Source of the DNA: an uncultured Anaerolineaceae bacterium
GTDB taxonomy: Bacteria; Chloroflexota; Anaerolineae; Anaerolineales; UBA11579
Assembly: GCA_964572455.1 (NCBI GenBank)
Contig: CAZNFL010000001.1
Coordinates: forward strand, 732 to 64,731
Direction of reading: 5' to 3'
DNA length: 64,000 bases
Position 1 is the first letter of the stretch, and each line of letters opens with the position of its first letter. Below the pieces are notes generated by a model, which worked only from the letters and a program-made list of their open reading frames with translations, had not been told where the DNA came from and ran no database searches. A program made the position numbers and the translations under genes. Shown here piece after piece: positions 44,117 to 54,340 of this stretch.

Positions 44117-46549
44117 TCAGGCGCGCGGCTTCCAGCCGCGCAGGCGCAGGCTGTTGCCGATCACGAAGACATCGCTAAGCGCCATAGCCCCGGCCGCCAG
44201 GATGGGGCTCAGCAATCCAAACGCCGCGGCCGGGATCAGCAAAATGTTGTAAATAAAAGCCCAGAACAGGTTTTGCTTGATGGTGCGCAGCGTCTTGCGC
44301 GACAAAGAGATGGCCCGCGGCACGCCGCGCAGGTCTCCGGTGATCAGCACCACCGGCGCAGCGGCCATGGCCACATCCGTGCCGGTGCCGATGGCAATGC
44401 CCAGCTCGGCTTGCGCCAGGGCCGGCGCATCGTTGATGCCATCGCCCACCATGGCCACCACTTCGCCTTGCTCCTGCAGGCGGCGGACTTCAGCTGCCTT
44501 CTGATCAGGCAGCACCTCGGAAACCACAGTATCCAGGCCCAATTGCTTGCCAATGGCTTCTGCCACCACGCGGTTGTCGCCGGTGATCATGCCCACTTTG
44601 AGGCCCATGCGCTGCAGGAGCGCCACGGCCTCCACTGAAGAATCCTTCAAGGTGTCAGCCACCCCAAATATGCCGCTGGCCTCACCATCCACGGCCACCA
44701 TTACCGCGGTCTTGCCTTCGGTCTGCAAGCGTTCCACGCTGGGGCCGAGACCGTTCATGCCGATGCCGCGCTCGGCCATCCAGCGCGGCGAGCCCACCAG
44801 TACCTGGCGGCCGCCTACTTCAGCCGAAACGCCGCGCCCGCCTTCGGCCTGGAAGGCCGCCAGCTGGCTTAGCTGCAGGTTGCGCTCATTGGCCTCCGCC
44901 ACGATGGCTTCGCCCAGTGGATGCTCGCTGGCGTCTTCGACGCTGGCTGCGATCCGCAATAACTCGTCCTCCCCCACCCAAGCCTTGCTCAGCACGATAT
45001 CGGTTACTGCAGGCTGGCCGCGGGTGACCGTGCCGGTCTTATCCAGCAGGACCAGACTTATATCGGAGGCGCGTTCCAGCGCTTCTCCCGACTTGATCAA
45101 TACGCCCATCTCCGCGCCGCGGCCGGTGCCCACCATCACCGCGGTCGGCGTGGCTAAGCCCATGGCGCAGGGACAGGCGATCAGCAGCACGGCCGCGGTG
45201 TTGATCAAGGCGCGGGTGAAGGCGGCGTTTTCCACGGCGCCTGCACCGGCCGGGATAAAGAAATACCAAGTTATGAATGTAACTAGGGCGATCACCAAGA
45301 CAGCCGGTACGAAGACGGCGGAAACCCTGTCGCCCAGCTTTTGAATGGGCGCTTTGCTGGCCTGCGCATCTTCAACCAAGCGGATGATCTGCGCCAGGGC
45401 GGTGGCCTTGCCCACCTTAGTGGCTTCGAAGATCAGGCGCCCCTGTTTGTTGAGCGTGGCACCGATCACCACGTCGCCGGGACCCTTATCCAGCGGCATC
45501 GATTCCCCAGTGATCATCGACTCGTCGGCCGCGCTGCGGCCTTCCACCACCACGCCATCCACTGGGAAAGTCTCGCCTGGCCGCACAACGACCAGGTCCC
45601 CCACTTGCACTTCGGCGCTGGGGATCTCGAGCTCCTGGCCGGCGCGCATCACGCGGGCTTGCTTGGGCCGCAAGCCCATCAGCTTGCGGATCGAATCGCC
45701 GGTGCGACCCTTGGCGCGCGCCTCCAAATATTTGCCAACCCGAATCAGGGTGATGATGGCCGCGGCGGTTTCAAAATAACCGTGACCGGAAAACAGACCG
45801 AGCAAAGCTGCAAGCGAATAGAAATAGGCCGCCGAGGAGCCCATGGCGACCAACACATCCATGTTGGCGTTGCCGCTGCGCAAAGCCTTGGCGCCGTTGA
45901 CGTAGAAACTGAGGCCGACGTAGAACTGCACCGGCGTAGCCAGTGCAAAGAACAACCATTCCAGCCAGGGTTGCATGGCGATCGCCATAGGCAGCAGGCC
46001 AAAATCGCGGGCCATCGAAAGCACCAGCAGCGGCGCGGTGAGCGCCACGCCGATCCACATCAGGCGGGCTTGCTTGCGGATCTCAGCCTGGCGCACCTGG
46101 CGTTCGGCGTCCTCGGCTTCATCGCCTTCTTTGAGCACCTCGAAGCCGGCCGCCTTTGCGGCCGCCCGCAGGTCCGCCTGGCTGACAATGGTCGGGATGT
46201 AGCGCACGCGGGCGCGTTCGCTGGCCAGGTTGACGTGGGCTTCGATGACCCCATCCTGGGAGGCCAGCACGCGTTCTAGCCGCTGGGCGTCGTTGCTATC
46301 GTCCAACTCCGCTAGCTTCAGGTCGGCCTCGCCGGCGGCCAGGTCGTAGCCCGCCCGGCGAACGCGTTGCAGCATGGCATCCAGGTTGGCCAGCTTCGGG
46401 TCGAAGTCCACCGCTGCTCGTTCCGAAGATAAATTAACCTGGGCGCTCAATACTCCGGGGACCTTCTTGAGATTGCGCTCTACTGTGGATACGCAGTTGG
46501 CGCAGGTCATCCCGGTGATGGGCAAGTTGTAAGTTTTGGTTTCAGCCAT
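44117..46549 (-). CDS. copA: Cu(I)-translocating P1B-1-type ATPase
   Basis: 810 aa. N-terminal HMA domain GMTCANCV, the CPC motif ([12 protein letters not shown]), DKTGT and GDGINDAP. Confidence 0.92.
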   Translation of the reverse strand: MAETKTYNLPITGMTCANCVSTVERNLKKVPGVLSAQVNLSSERAAVDFDPKLANLDAMLQRVRRAGYDLAAGEADLKLAELDDSNDAQRLERVLASQDGVIEAHVNLASERARVRYIPTIVSQADLRAAAKAAGFEVLKEGDEAEDAERQVRQAEIRKQARLMWIGVALTAPLLVLSMARDFGLLPMAIAMQPWLEWLFFALATPVQFYVGLSFYVNGAKALRSGNANMDVLVAMGSSAAYFYSLAALLGLFSGHGYFETAAAIITLIRVGKYLEARAKGRTGDSIRKLMGLRPKQARVMRAGQELEIPSAEVQVGDLVVVRPGETFPVDGVVVEGRSAADESMITGESMPLDKGPGDVVIGATLNKQGRLIFEATKVGKATALAQIIRLVEDAQASKAPIQKLGDRVSAVFVPAVLVIALVTFITWYFFIPAGAGAVENAAFTRALINTAAVLLIACPCAMGLATPTAVMVGTGRGAEMGVLIKSGEALERASDISLVLLDKTGTVTRGQPAVTDIVLSKAWVGEDELLRIAASVEDASEHPLGEAIVAEANERNLQLSQLAAFQAEGGRGVSAEVGGRQVLVGSPRWMAERGIGMNGLGPSVERLQTEGKTAVMVAVDGEASGIFGVADTLKDSSVEAVALLQRMGLKVGMITGDNRVVAEAIGKQLGLDTVVSEVLPDQKAAEVRRLQEQGEVVAMVGDGINDAPALAQAELGIAIGTGTDVAMAAAPVVLITGDLRGVPRAISLSRKTLRTIKQNLFWAFIYNILLIPAAAFGLLSPILAAGAMALSDVFVIGNSLRLRGWKPRA

Positions 46550-46560
46550 GTTTATTTTTT

Positions 46561-47073
46561 CTAAGCCAGGTTTTCCCTGGCTTTGCCTTTGATCTGTTCC
46601 GGCTCGGCGACGACTCGGCCACCGCGCACCGTGGCGCCGATCACGAGCCCCGCGCTGACCAGCACGATGTTCTTAAAAATATATTGGCCTTCCAGGGTCG
46701 GCGCGTAAGGGAAAACAGTAAAGACTTCATTTGGAAAGAAAAAGATGGGCGTGATGGTGCCCAGCATCTGCACCCACAAAAGGAACAGAGTAACGCGTAA
46801 CTGCCAACCTAAAATGAGGCCGAGGCCGATCAGGCTTTCCCATATGGCCAGGATGAACACGGCCGTTGAGGCGGAAAGCGTGCCAAAGGTAAGTTGGGCG
46901 ATGGTGCGCGCCGCCAGATCTTCGGCCGGGCTGAGGCCGGGAAAGAACTTCAGCGCCCCGAACCACAGGAACACGACGCCCAGGCTCAACCTCAGCAGCA
47001 GGATGCCATAGCGCGCCATCCAGCCGGTCAATTTGGCGTCCACGCGGTCGAATAAGCTCCGTAAGAAATTCAT
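46561..47073 (-). CDS. DoxX-family membrane protein
   Basis: 170 aa with 4 TM helices. [19 protein letters not shown] is DoxX-like. Confidence 0.65.
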   Translation of the reverse strand: MNFLRSLFDRVDAKLTGWMARYGILLLRLSLGVVFLWFGALKFFPGLSPAEDLAARTIAQLTFGTLSASTAVFILAIWESLIGLGLILGWQLRVTLFLLWVQMLGTITPIFFFPNEVFTVFPYAPTLEGQYIFKNIVLVSAGLVIGATVRGGRVVAEPEQIKGKARENLA

Positions 47074-47077
47074 TGCG

Positions 47078-49222
47078 TCAAACTCCCAATTTCACATTGC
47101 GCAATAATTGCGCATTCAAGGCCACTATTACCGTACTGGCAGACATCAACACCGCCCCCACTGCCGGCGAGAGCAGGAGCCCCTGTGCGGCCAGCGCGCC
47201 GGCCGCTAACGGAATGGCGATGAGATTATAGCCAGTAGCCCAAATTAGGTTTTGGATCATCTTGGCGTAGGTCGCCCGGCTTAGTTCGAACACCTTCAGC
47301 ACGTCGGCCGGGTTGCTGTGCACCAGAATAATTCCGGCGGATTCCACCGCTACGTCCGTGCCGCTGCCGATGGCGATGCCCACATCGGCACGCGCCAAGG
47401 CCGGCGCATCGTTGATGCCATCACCCACCATGGCCACCTTTTTGCCTTGTGCCTGCAATTCGCTGATCTTCTTGTCCTTATCTTCAGGCAGCACCTCGGC
47501 AAAAATGCGCTCGATGCCCAGGGCGGTGCCCACCGCATCGGCCACCGCCTGGCTGTCTCCGGTGATCATGGCGACTTCGATACCAAGCTTTTGCAGGCGC
47601 GCGACTACCTCAACACTCTCAGGGCGCACTACATCCGCCAGTGCAAAAGCTGCCACCACCTTTTTATCCACAATTAGATAAATCACTGTCTGCGCTTTTT
47701 CCCCGGCCAGTTGAGCGAATTTTTCGAACTCGGGCTCAATGTCCAGATTCAGCTTATCAACCAGCCGCGGCCCGCCAAGATAGATCTCTTTGCCCTCACT
47801 GAGCGCCCGCACTCCCTGGCCTTTGATAGCTTCAAAGCCGGTCACCTTTGGCAATTGAAGCTTGCGATCCTCGGCCGCCTGGCGCACCGCTTTGGCGAGC
47901 GGGTGCTCAGAATCGCCTTCCACCGCGGCAGCCAGCGCCAGGGCATCATCCTCTTTCCAACCCTCAAAAGTTTTGCCGTCCACCACGCCCATTTCGCCTT
48001 TAGTCAGCGTTCCCGTTTTGTCAAATACGACCACATCGATCTCGCGGGCTTCTTCCAGGGCCAGACGGTTCTTGATCAATAGTCCATTCTTGGCTGCCTG
48101 GGTGGTGCTGATGGCTACCACCAGGGGCACCGCCAATCCCAGGGCATGCGGGCAGGCGATCACTAATACGGTCACTACCCGTTCCAGGGCGAATGAATCA
48201 AAGCCCTGGACCGCTGCCCAGGCCAAGCCGGTGACCAGCGCAGCTGCCAGCGCCAAATAGAAAAGCCAGCCGGCCGCCCGGTCGGCCAGGATCTGGGTGC
48301 GGGACTTGCTTTGCTGCGCCTCGCGGACCAGGCGCATAATGCCGGCCAGGGCTGTCTTTTCTCCAATGGCGGAGACCTTCACGCGCAGGCTGCCCTCTCC
48401 ATTTAATGCACCGGCAATCACCTTATCGCCTTTGGCTTTATCCACGGGCTTGGATTCGCCGGTGATCAACGCTTCATTGACCGAGGAAGCCCCTTCCACA
48501 ATTTCGCCATCCACCGGCACGTTGGAGCCGGGCCTGACCAGCACCACATCGCCCTCATTTAGTTCCGAAACAGCCACGGTTTCCACGCGCCCGTCGCTAA
48601 CCACTCGTTCGGCTTGATCCGGCATCAACTTGGCCAACTCATCCAGGCTGCCAGATGCCTGCCGCACGCTGCGCATTTCGATCCAATGCCCCAGCAGCAT
48701 AATGTTAATTAGGGTGACCAGTTCCCAATAAAAGCCTTCGCCCAAGTTGAGCAACAAGGCCGCCAGGCTGTAAACGAACGATACGCTGATCGCCAGGCTG
48801 ATGAGCAGCATCATCCCCGGTTGCCTTTTGCGGATCTCGGGGACCGCCATTTGGATGAAAGGCAATCCGCCGTAGAAGAAAACGACCGCCGAGAATAACG
48901 GCGCGACCCACTGGTCACCCGGAAAGGCGGGCATCGAAAAACCCAGCCACTGCTGGATCATTTCGCTAAACAGGATGACTGGGATGGATAAAAGTGTAGA
49001 AATCCAGAATCGCTGCCGGAAGATTTGCTCGTGGCCACTATGATCTACGTGGGCGCTATGGTCCTTGTGGTCTCCATGTTCACTATGAGCTGCATGCTCC
49101 GCATGGATTTGGGTCTTATGCTCGTGGTTGTCATGCCCGTGCATATGCTCGCCAGGCGCGTGGGCTTGGCGCTCATGTTTGGCATGGGTATGGGCCTGGC
49201 TCGGCTGGTCCGTTTTGCTCAC
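47078..49222 (-). CDS. copB: copper P1B-3-type ATPase with His-rich N-terminus
   Basis: 714 aa. The first roughly 65 aa are His-rich ([25 protein letters not shown]...). The TM6 motif is CPH ([13 protein letters not shown]). Also has DKTGT and GDGINDAP. Confidence 0.88.
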   Translation of the reverse strand: MSKTDQPSQAHTHAKHERQAHAPGEHMHGHDNHEHKTQIHAEHAAHSEHGDHKDHSAHVDHSGHEQIFRQRFWISTLLSIPVILFSEMIQQWLGFSMPAFPGDQWVAPLFSAVVFFYGGLPFIQMAVPEIRKRQPGMMLLISLAISVSFVYSLAALLLNLGEGFYWELVTLINIMLLGHWIEMRSVRQASGSLDELAKLMPDQAERVVSDGRVETVAVSELNEGDVVLVRPGSNVPVDGEIVEGASSVNEALITGESKPVDKAKGDKVIAGALNGEGSLRVKVSAIGEKTALAGIMRLVREAQQSKSRTQILADRAAGWLFYLALAAALVTGLAWAAVQGFDSFALERVVTVLVIACPHALGLAVPLVVAISTTQAAKNGLLIKNRLALEEAREIDVVVFDKTGTLTKGEMGVVDGKTFEGWKEDDALALAAAVEGDSEHPLAKAVRQAAEDRKLQLPKVTGFEAIKGQGVRALSEGKEIYLGGPRLVDKLNLDIEPEFEKFAQLAGEKAQTVIYLIVDKKVVAAFALADVVRPESVEVVARLQKLGIEVAMITGDSQAVADAVGTALGIERIFAEVLPEDKDKKISELQAQGKKVAMVGDGINDAPALARADVGIAIGSGTDVAVESAGIILVHSNPADVLKVFELSRATYAKMIQNLIWATGYNLIAIPLAAGALAAQGLLLSPAVGAVLMSASTVIVALNAQLLRNVKLGV

Positions 49223-49326
49223 TAACTCACCTGGAATCGGCTACTCTGCTTATTTCTAATACGTCGGAAGGATTCGAATGACTCGCGCCTGGAGCCGGCG
49301 AATGCCGGCTCCAGGCTCTATCTGCC

Positions 49327-49590
49327 TTAGCTGCCAATGTCTTTCTTTACCTGCTCATATTCTTTGCGGGTGAGCTCACCGCGGGCATAACGCTGGTCCA
49401 GGATCGCTCGAGCCGTTGAGGACCCGCTTGTTTGGCTGGCTGCAATTACGGAACGTACCACCCAAACGATCAGCAGAATCAAGCCAATCCAAAACAACGC
49501 CATCATTAGCCACCCGGCAACACCCATCGTGCCACCCCATCCCCCCATCATCCAACCACCATTGCCAAACATTTGAACCTCCGAGGACAA
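49327..49590 (-). CDS. small membrane protein with Met/Gly/Trp-rich N-terminus and C-terminal SHOCT domain
   Basis: 87 aa. The order is MFGNGGWMMGGWGGTMG, one TM helix, then ILDQRYARGELTRKEYEQVKKDI (SHOCT-like). Confidence 0.7.
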   Translation of the reverse strand: MSSEVQMFGNGGWMMGGWGGTMGVAGWLMMALFWIGLILLIVWVVRSVIAASQTSGSSTARAILDQRYARGELTRKEYEQVKKDIGS

Positions 49591-49641
49591 AGCCTCATCT
49601 TCATATTCCGTGCTAGTGCAACGGATTTGATGACTATCGTA

Positions 49642-49848
49642 TTAGGCCTGCACTGGGTATTCGATTTCTGTCAGGGTGGACTTGATCTGGTCCTCACTGG
49701 CCGGTTCGCCAAAGCGAACCATCACTTTCTTGTCGCCCAAGCTGGCTTTCACCGCCTCCACACCCGGCAACTCGCCGAGCTCCGTTTCGATGGTGTGCAG
49801 GCAGTGGTCACAATGGATCTTTGGAATATTGTATACAACGGTATTCAT
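49642..49848 (-). CDS. copZ: HMA-domain copper chaperone
   Basis: 68 aa with the ferredoxin-like HMA pattern and a CDHC metal site (IPKIHCDHCLHTIE). Confidence 0.85.
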   Translation of the reverse strand: MNTVVYNIPKIHCDHCLHTIETELGELPGVEAVKASLGDKKVMVRFGEPASEDQIKSTLTEIEYPVQA

Positions 49849-49894
49849 TTGTTCTTCTCCTTACTAGTTTATTTTTTGCAGCCTCAAAGTCATA

Positions 49895-50167
49895 CTAGAC
49901 CTTGGTAGCGGCCTCATACACTTCAGCGATCTCACTCAGCACCCGCTCGCGCTCGTCGGCATCCTCGCCGCGCACAGCCGTGATCACGCAGGAATGGATA
50001 TGCTCCTCCAATACCATCTGGCTGACCTTGTTCAAAGCCGACTGGGTGGCTTGGATCTGGCGGATCACGTCGATGCAATAGGTGTTTTCATCCAGCATGC
50101 GTTGGATGCCACGGATGTGTCCCTCTATGGTTTTCAGGCGTTTTTTGGCTTGTTCAGAATGCTCCAT
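49895..50167 (-). CDS. csoR: CsoR-family metal-sensing transcriptional repressor
   Basis: The start is MEHSEQAKKRLKTIEGHIRGIQRML at 50167, with a GGAGG SD. It has the C...H...C signature (YCIDV, HIHSC). The longer track ORF is a 5' over-extension. Confidence 0.88.
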   Translation of the reverse strand: MEHSEQAKKRLKTIEGHIRGIQRMLDENTYCIDVIRQIQATQSALNKVSQMVLEEHIHSCVITAVRGEDADERERVLSEIAEVYEAATKV

Positions 50168-50176
50168 CTTAACTCC

Positions 50177-50199
50177 TCCCCTCCCCCTGGGGGGAGGGA
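50177..50199 (-). promoter_or_regulatory. candidate CsoR operator (C-tract/G-tract pseudo-palindrome) overlapping the csoR SD
   Basis: The minus strand reads TATATTAT (about 50212..50205), then GGGTA, then TCCCTCCCCCC-A-GGGGGAGGGGA (50199..50177), then GGAGTTAAG-ATG. This resembles the GC-rich C4-6/G4-6 inverted repeats of known CsoR boxes. Confidence 0.55.
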
Positions 50200-50355
50200 T
50201 ACCCATAATATAACCCGCACCCAGCCCTGCGTCAAGTAACAAATATCCTAGGGCAGAGCCCCAAACTGTATGGAATTTTTTAGCTAAAGCGGAGTGTTAC
50301 AGCGTTATTTTTATCTTCAAACATCCCCTTTTGATTTGCCAAGAACAACACCGGA

Positions 50356-50868
50356 TTATTGCACGGCCTCCACGATCGCCTGCTGCAAGACCTCCACATC
50401 TACGTAGCCGCGCCACTCCCCCAGCAGGTTCCCATCCGCGTCCAGCAAGAAAAAGTGAGGCTGGTAAATGTAGCCGAGCTGGCCACGCAGGGCGTCGGTG
50501 GCCGGATCATCCCGGTCAAGATAAACGAACTTCACTTGATCCCTATATAGGTTTTCTAGACCGTGCACCGAAGGCGCCATGGCTTTGCACACCGTGCACC
50601 AGTAGGCAAAGAATTCCACGAACTGCACCTGGCCTGCAGCCAGGCTCACTGAGGCCGGGTCGGTTGCGTGGAAGGTTGTGCTGCCCATAGGAATAGCGGG
50701 CAGCGCTTCGGTCACCGGGACGCTTGCCCCAATTTCAAGATCTTCCAGCGAAGACAGCGCCTGCGGCGAACCTGCGCAGCCTGCCAGTATCATCGCCAGG
50801 AGCAACGGCAGCGTGGTTGCAGGTTTCGCACTTCTGACTGCATTGAAAAAAAGTCTGGGCGCTATCAT
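50356..50868 (-). CDS. thioredoxin-fold lipoprotein (CxxC)
   Basis: 170 aa. Lipobox LAGCAGS, and FFAYWCTVCKAMAP. Confidence 0.8.
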   Translation of the reverse strand: MIAPRLFFNAVRSAKPATTLPLLLAMILAGCAGSPQALSSLEDLEIGASVPVTEALPAIPMGSTTFHATDPASVSLAAGQVQFVEFFAYWCTVCKAMAPSVHGLENLYRDQVKFVYLDRDDPATDALRGQLGYIYQPHFFLLDADGNLLGEWRGYVDVEVLQQAIVEAVQ

Positions 50869-50983
50869 TTCATCAATCTTAAAAATGATAACCCTCGGTG
50901 CCTAGCGAATGCACGCTGCCGTTACCGCCTCTCACGCAACCTTAATCCGATGGTTGGTCAGCAGATGGCAGTAGAATACTGGG

Positions 50984-51712
50984 GTGGACTTGAAAGGTAA
51001 AACGGTGCTGATCACCGGCGCGGCAGTGCGCGTGGGCCGCGCCCTGGCAAAGGCGATTGCCCAGGCGGGGGCTTCAGTGATTATTCATTATGGCAACTCC
51101 GAAGCTGAAGCAGCCAGCCTGAAACGCGAACTGGAAGCTCTTGGCGCCACAGCGCACTTGCTGCAAGCCGACCTCAGCCAGCCGCAGCAGGCGGCCGGCC
51201 TCATCGGGCGCGCTTTGGAATTTGGTCCCTTATATGCGCTGGTCAACAGCGCGTCCATCTTCGAAAAGCTCGACTTGGAAAGCAGCGATCTTGCGAGCTG
51301 GCAGCGCCACCTGGATATCAATCTAACCGCGCCTTTTCTGCTCAGCCAAGCCTTCTGGAAAGCGGCCAAGAAGAGCGGCGCGGAAGGCCGCATCGTCAAC
51401 ATCCTGGATTGGCGCGCCCTGCGCCCCGGGGCAGATCACCTACCCTACACGATCAGTAAGGCAGCCCTGGCGGCCCTCACGCAGTCGCTGGCGGTGGCTA
51501 CCGCGCCCAAGGTGAGCGTCAACGGGATCGCCTTTGGCGCCATCCTGCCGCCGGCGGATGGCGGGGCGGCTGAAGGAATCTTGAAACGCGTGCCCGCCGG
51601 GCGCTGGGCGGAGCTGGACGAAGTTGGCCAAACTCTGCTGTTCTTGCTGGCCGGCCCTGCATACATCACTGGAGAAATAATCCACCTTGACGGCGGAAGG
51701 CACCTGGTCTAA
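50984..51712 (+). CDS. SDR-family oxidoreductase, probably pteridine/dihydromonapterin reductase-like
   Basis: 242 aa. Contains TGAAVRVGRA (TGxxxRxG, typical of FolM/PTR1-like SDRs) and YTISKAAL (YxxxK). It lies 3 nt upstream of folB. Confidence 0.7.
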   Translation: MDLKGKTVLITGAAVRVGRALAKAIAQAGASVIIHYGNSEAEAASLKRELEALGATAHLLQADLSQPQQAAGLIGRALEFGPLYALVNSASIFEKLDLESSDLASWQRHLDINLTAPFLLSQAFWKAAKKSGAEGRIVNILDWRALRPGADHLPYTISKAALAALTQSLAVATAPKVSVNGIAFGAILPPADGGAAEGILKRVPAGRWAELDEVGQTLLFLLAGPAYITGEIIHLDGGRHLV

Positions 51713-51714
51713 AC

Positions 51715-52071
51715 ATGGACAAGGTCATCATCAAGGATCTGCGGGTGCACGGCATCATCGGCGTCAACGATTCGGAACGCGATCAACCTCAGGATATTTT
51801 GATCAACGTAGAAATCACGGCTGATCTAAGCAAAGCCGGGAAAAGCGACAAGCTGGAAGACAGCATTAATTACCGCACAATAAGCAAGAAAATCATCGCC
51901 CACGCCGAGACCGCCAAACGCTTGACGGTTGAAGCTTTGGCTGCAGATATTGCCGCTTTGTGCCTGGAGGAGCCGGGCGCACAGGCTGTGCGCGTTCGCG
52001 TGGAAAAGCCCGGAGCCTTGCGCTTCGCTTACTCCGCTGGAGTGGAGATCGAGCGCGACAAGAAACAATAA
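51715..52071 (+). CDS. folB: dihydroneopterin aldolase
   Basis: 118 aa. The patterns IKDLRVHGIIGVNDSERDQPQ and INYRT are characteristic. Confidence 0.85.
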   Translation: MDKVIIKDLRVHGIIGVNDSERDQPQDILINVEITADLSKAGKSDKLEDSINYRTISKKIIAHAETAKRLTVEALAADIAALCLEEPGAQAVRVRVEKPGALRFAYSAGVEIERDKKQ

Positions 52072-52096
52072 CCTGGGTTCAAAAGTGTCTAGGAAA

Positions 52097-52261
52097 TTAA
52101 AGGAATTGGACCAAATTCTCGATAGCGTTCCACCAAATGGTCTGGCTAAGGAGGGTGAAGGCGGCCAACACGAACAACGCAATCAGAACAATGATAAGGA
52201 TATATTCAACCAGGGCCTGACCCGCGTCAATTTTAGGGAGAAGTTCTCTTGTTGGTTTCAT
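52097..52261 (-). CDS. flp: Flp/Fap-family type IVb (Tad) pilin, second copy (not in ORF track, 54 aa)
   Basis: Hand translation: MKPTRELLPKIDAGQALVEYILIIVLIALFVLAAFTLLSQTIWWNAIENLVQFL*. This carries the Flp motif G-(x3)-VEY plus a hydrophobic helix. The SD is weak. Confidence 0.75.
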   Translation of the reverse strand: MKPTRELLPKIDAGQALVEYILIIVLIALFVLAAFTLLSQTIWWNAIENLVQFL

Positions 52262-52333
52262 TGATGCGCAGCTTGTATCGAGATACTACACCATGGAGCG
52301 CAAATAGCACAAGCGGACTTTTGGGGGAATTGA

Positions 52334-52963
52334 TCAAATATGCAAGGGTACAGCCCCCCGTGAAATGCTATCCAGGAACTCTTGGCGGGTGGCGGAGTTA
52401 CTGCGGAAACTGCCCACCATGGTAGAGGTGGTCATGCGCGCATCGTGCTTTTTGACCCCGCGCATCATGGAGCACAAGTGCAGGGCCTCCACCACCACGC
52501 CGGCGCCCAGCGGGTTTATCGCTCGGCACAGGAAGTCGGCGATCTGGCGGGTCATGCGCTCCTGGACCTGAAGGCGGCGGGAAAACAGGTCGACGATACG
52601 GGGGATCTTTGACAACCCAACAACTTTCCCCTGCGGAATGTAAGCGACGTGGGCGCGGCCGATGAAAGGCAACATATGGTGTTCACACAAGCTGTAGAAT
52701 TCAATGTCCTTCACCAGCACCATATCGTCGTAGTCCACATCGAATAGGGCCTCGTTAAGTAATTCCACCGGGTCGGTACGGTAACCGGCCAGCACTTCTT
52801 CGTAGGAGCGCGCGATCCTCTCCGGTGTGTTCAACAGGCCTTCACGCTGAGGATCTTCGCCAAGTGCGATTAGGATGCGGCGAACAGCATCTTCAATGGC
52901 CTGAGTATCGATCTCAGTCCCAAGGAGGTCGGCAGCTTCGTAAACTTTTACTTTGTCATCCAT
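52334..52963 (-). CDS. folE: GTP cyclohydrolase I
   Basis: 209 aa. Contains [17 protein letters not shown] and QVQERMT. Confidence 0.93.
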   Translation of the reverse strand: MDDKVKVYEAADLLGTEIDTQAIEDAVRRILIALGEDPQREGLLNTPERIARSYEEVLAGYRTDPVELLNEALFDVDYDDMVLVKDIEFYSLCEHHMLPFIGRAHVAYIPQGKVVGLSKIPRIVDLFSRRLQVQERMTRQIADFLCRAINPLGAGVVVEALHLCSMMRGVKKHDARMTTSTMVGSFRSNSATRQEFLDSISRGAVPLHI

Positions 52964-52989
52964 GATTGCATCCGCTGGCGGAAGGCCTT

Positions 52990-53553
52990 TTAGGCCATCT
53001 CCGTATCGATCAACCCGTAATTGCCGTCGCCGCGCTTATACAGCACGCTTACGCAGCCGGCGTCCATATTGTAAAAGATAAAGAATTGCTCGTGGCCCAC
53101 CAATTCCATTTGCTGGACGGCCTCGGCTACATCCATGGGATGGAGCATGAACTTTTTCGTGCGCACAATTTGGGCCACAGGCTCAACCTGCGCAAAAGCT
53201 TCCGCTTCCACCATCTCCTGTTCGGTAAGTTTGGCCTTGGCTTTGCCTACGTAATGCTTCCCTTTATAGCGCTCCATCTGGCGTTGGATCTTATCTAGGG
53301 CGGCATCAAAGGCTGAACTTACCTGGTCAGTCCGTTCTTCGGCGCGCAACACGAATTTTTTACCTCGCAAGGTGATCTGTGCCTTATAGCGATCATCGGC
53401 AGCCCTGGCCCCCTTCTTGTACGCCAACTCGACTCTGACCCCTTCTACCCCGTCCAAATAGCGGTCCAATTTCGCGGCCCGGGTTTGGACATAGTCTTCC
53501 AGAGTTTTATCCACTTTTAATTCTCGGCCGAAGATTTCCACTGTTGCAGTCAT
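52990..53553 (-). CDS. hpf: ribosome hibernation promoting factor, long form
   Basis: The start is [11 protein letters not shown] at 53553, with an AAGGAGG SD 7 nt upstream. It has an S30AE N-domain plus the C-terminal dimerisation domain ([12 protein letters not shown]...FIFYN). Confidence 0.88.
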   Translation of the reverse strand: MTATVEIFGRELKVDKTLEDYVQTRAAKLDRYLDGVEGVRVELAYKKGARAADDRYKAQITLRGKKFVLRAEERTDQVSSAFDAALDKIQRQMERYKGKHYVGKAKAKLTEQEMVEAEAFAQVEPVAQIVRTKKFMLHPMDVAEAVQQMELVGHEQFFIFYNMDAGCVSVLYKRGDGNYGLIDTEMA

Positions 53554-53599
53554 TTTAGTGCCTCCTTCGGGAGTGGTGTTGGGTCTTATTAATCTTACC

Positions 53600-54328
53600 T
53601 CAAGCATCTCTGGCCTCAGCTAACGCGCGAGCCAGGGTAATTGCATATACCTTTTTGGCGCCTGCTTCTCTCAGCGCCTGGGCTGCGGAGTCCAGCGTGG
53701 CGCCAGTCGTCATAATGTCGTCGATGACTAAAACGCTCAGGCCGGCCAAGGGAGCAGGGTCAGCTACAAAAGACCCGTGCAGGTTTTCCCAACGTTGGGC
53801 AGCGTTCAACTCAAACTGAGGTAAGGTTTCGTGCCGCCGAATAAGCACGCTGTCGGCATAACGCAGCCCGGCGAGCTCTGCAAAAGGACGCGCCAGCAAG
53901 TCGATCTGATTGTATCCGCGTTGCCGCAGCCTTTGGGGGCCCAGCGGAATGGGGATCAATAGATCAATGTTCCAATCCTGGGTCTGAAACATCTGTACCA
54001 GGAACTTGGCAAAGACCGCGCCGAGGCCGGCATTGCTGCGATGCTTTAGGCTTAGGATAGCCTGGCGCAATTCTCCGGCGTAGACCCCCCAGGAGCGGCT
54101 GGAAGTGAAGACATAACGGTGATTAGCGCAGGCGGCGCAGCGTGCCGATTGATGCATAGGCAACCCGCAATGCTCGCACAGTGGTTGGGCTATCAGACTG
54201 ACCCCCGCCTGGCATTTGGCGCACCACACTATCCCCAAGTCTCCACAGCCCGCGCAACGCGGCGGGAAGAGCCAATCCAGCGCCAGCCGGGAGACGTGGA
54301 CCCATCGCTCAGATGCCTTATTCCCCAT
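53600..54328 (-). CDS. comF: ComF-family protein (double zinc ribbon plus phosphoribosyltransferase domain)
   Basis: 242 aa. The N-terminus has CAGCG...CAKC...CEHCG...CAAC. The C-terminus has the VLVIDDIMTTGATL PRTase motif. Confidence 0.85.
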   Translation of the reverse strand: MGNKASERWVHVSRLALDWLFPPRCAGCGDLGIVWCAKCQAGVSLIAQPLCEHCGLPMHQSARCAACANHRYVFTSSRSWGVYAGELRQAILSLKHRSNAGLGAVFAKFLVQMFQTQDWNIDLLIPIPLGPQRLRQRGYNQIDLLARPFAELAGLRYADSVLIRRHETLPQFELNAAQRWENLHGSFVADPAPLAGLSVLVIDDIMTTGATLDSAAQALREAGAKKVYAITLARALAEARDA

Positions 54329-54340
54329 GGTCCGTGTTAA

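Noticed and set aside
44421-44459. A stretch of about 39 nt nearly identical to 47400..47438, a possible repeat element
   Set aside because: Both copies encode the invariant GDGINDAP hinge motif of the two P-type ATPases (copA and copB). This is paralog conservation at the DNA level, not a mobile repeat.
50869-50983. THF or other pterin-related riboswitch upstream of the SDR-folB operon
   Set aside because: No recognisable THF-riboswitch core and no convincing extended pairing. The spacer is short and most likely just a divergent promoter region.
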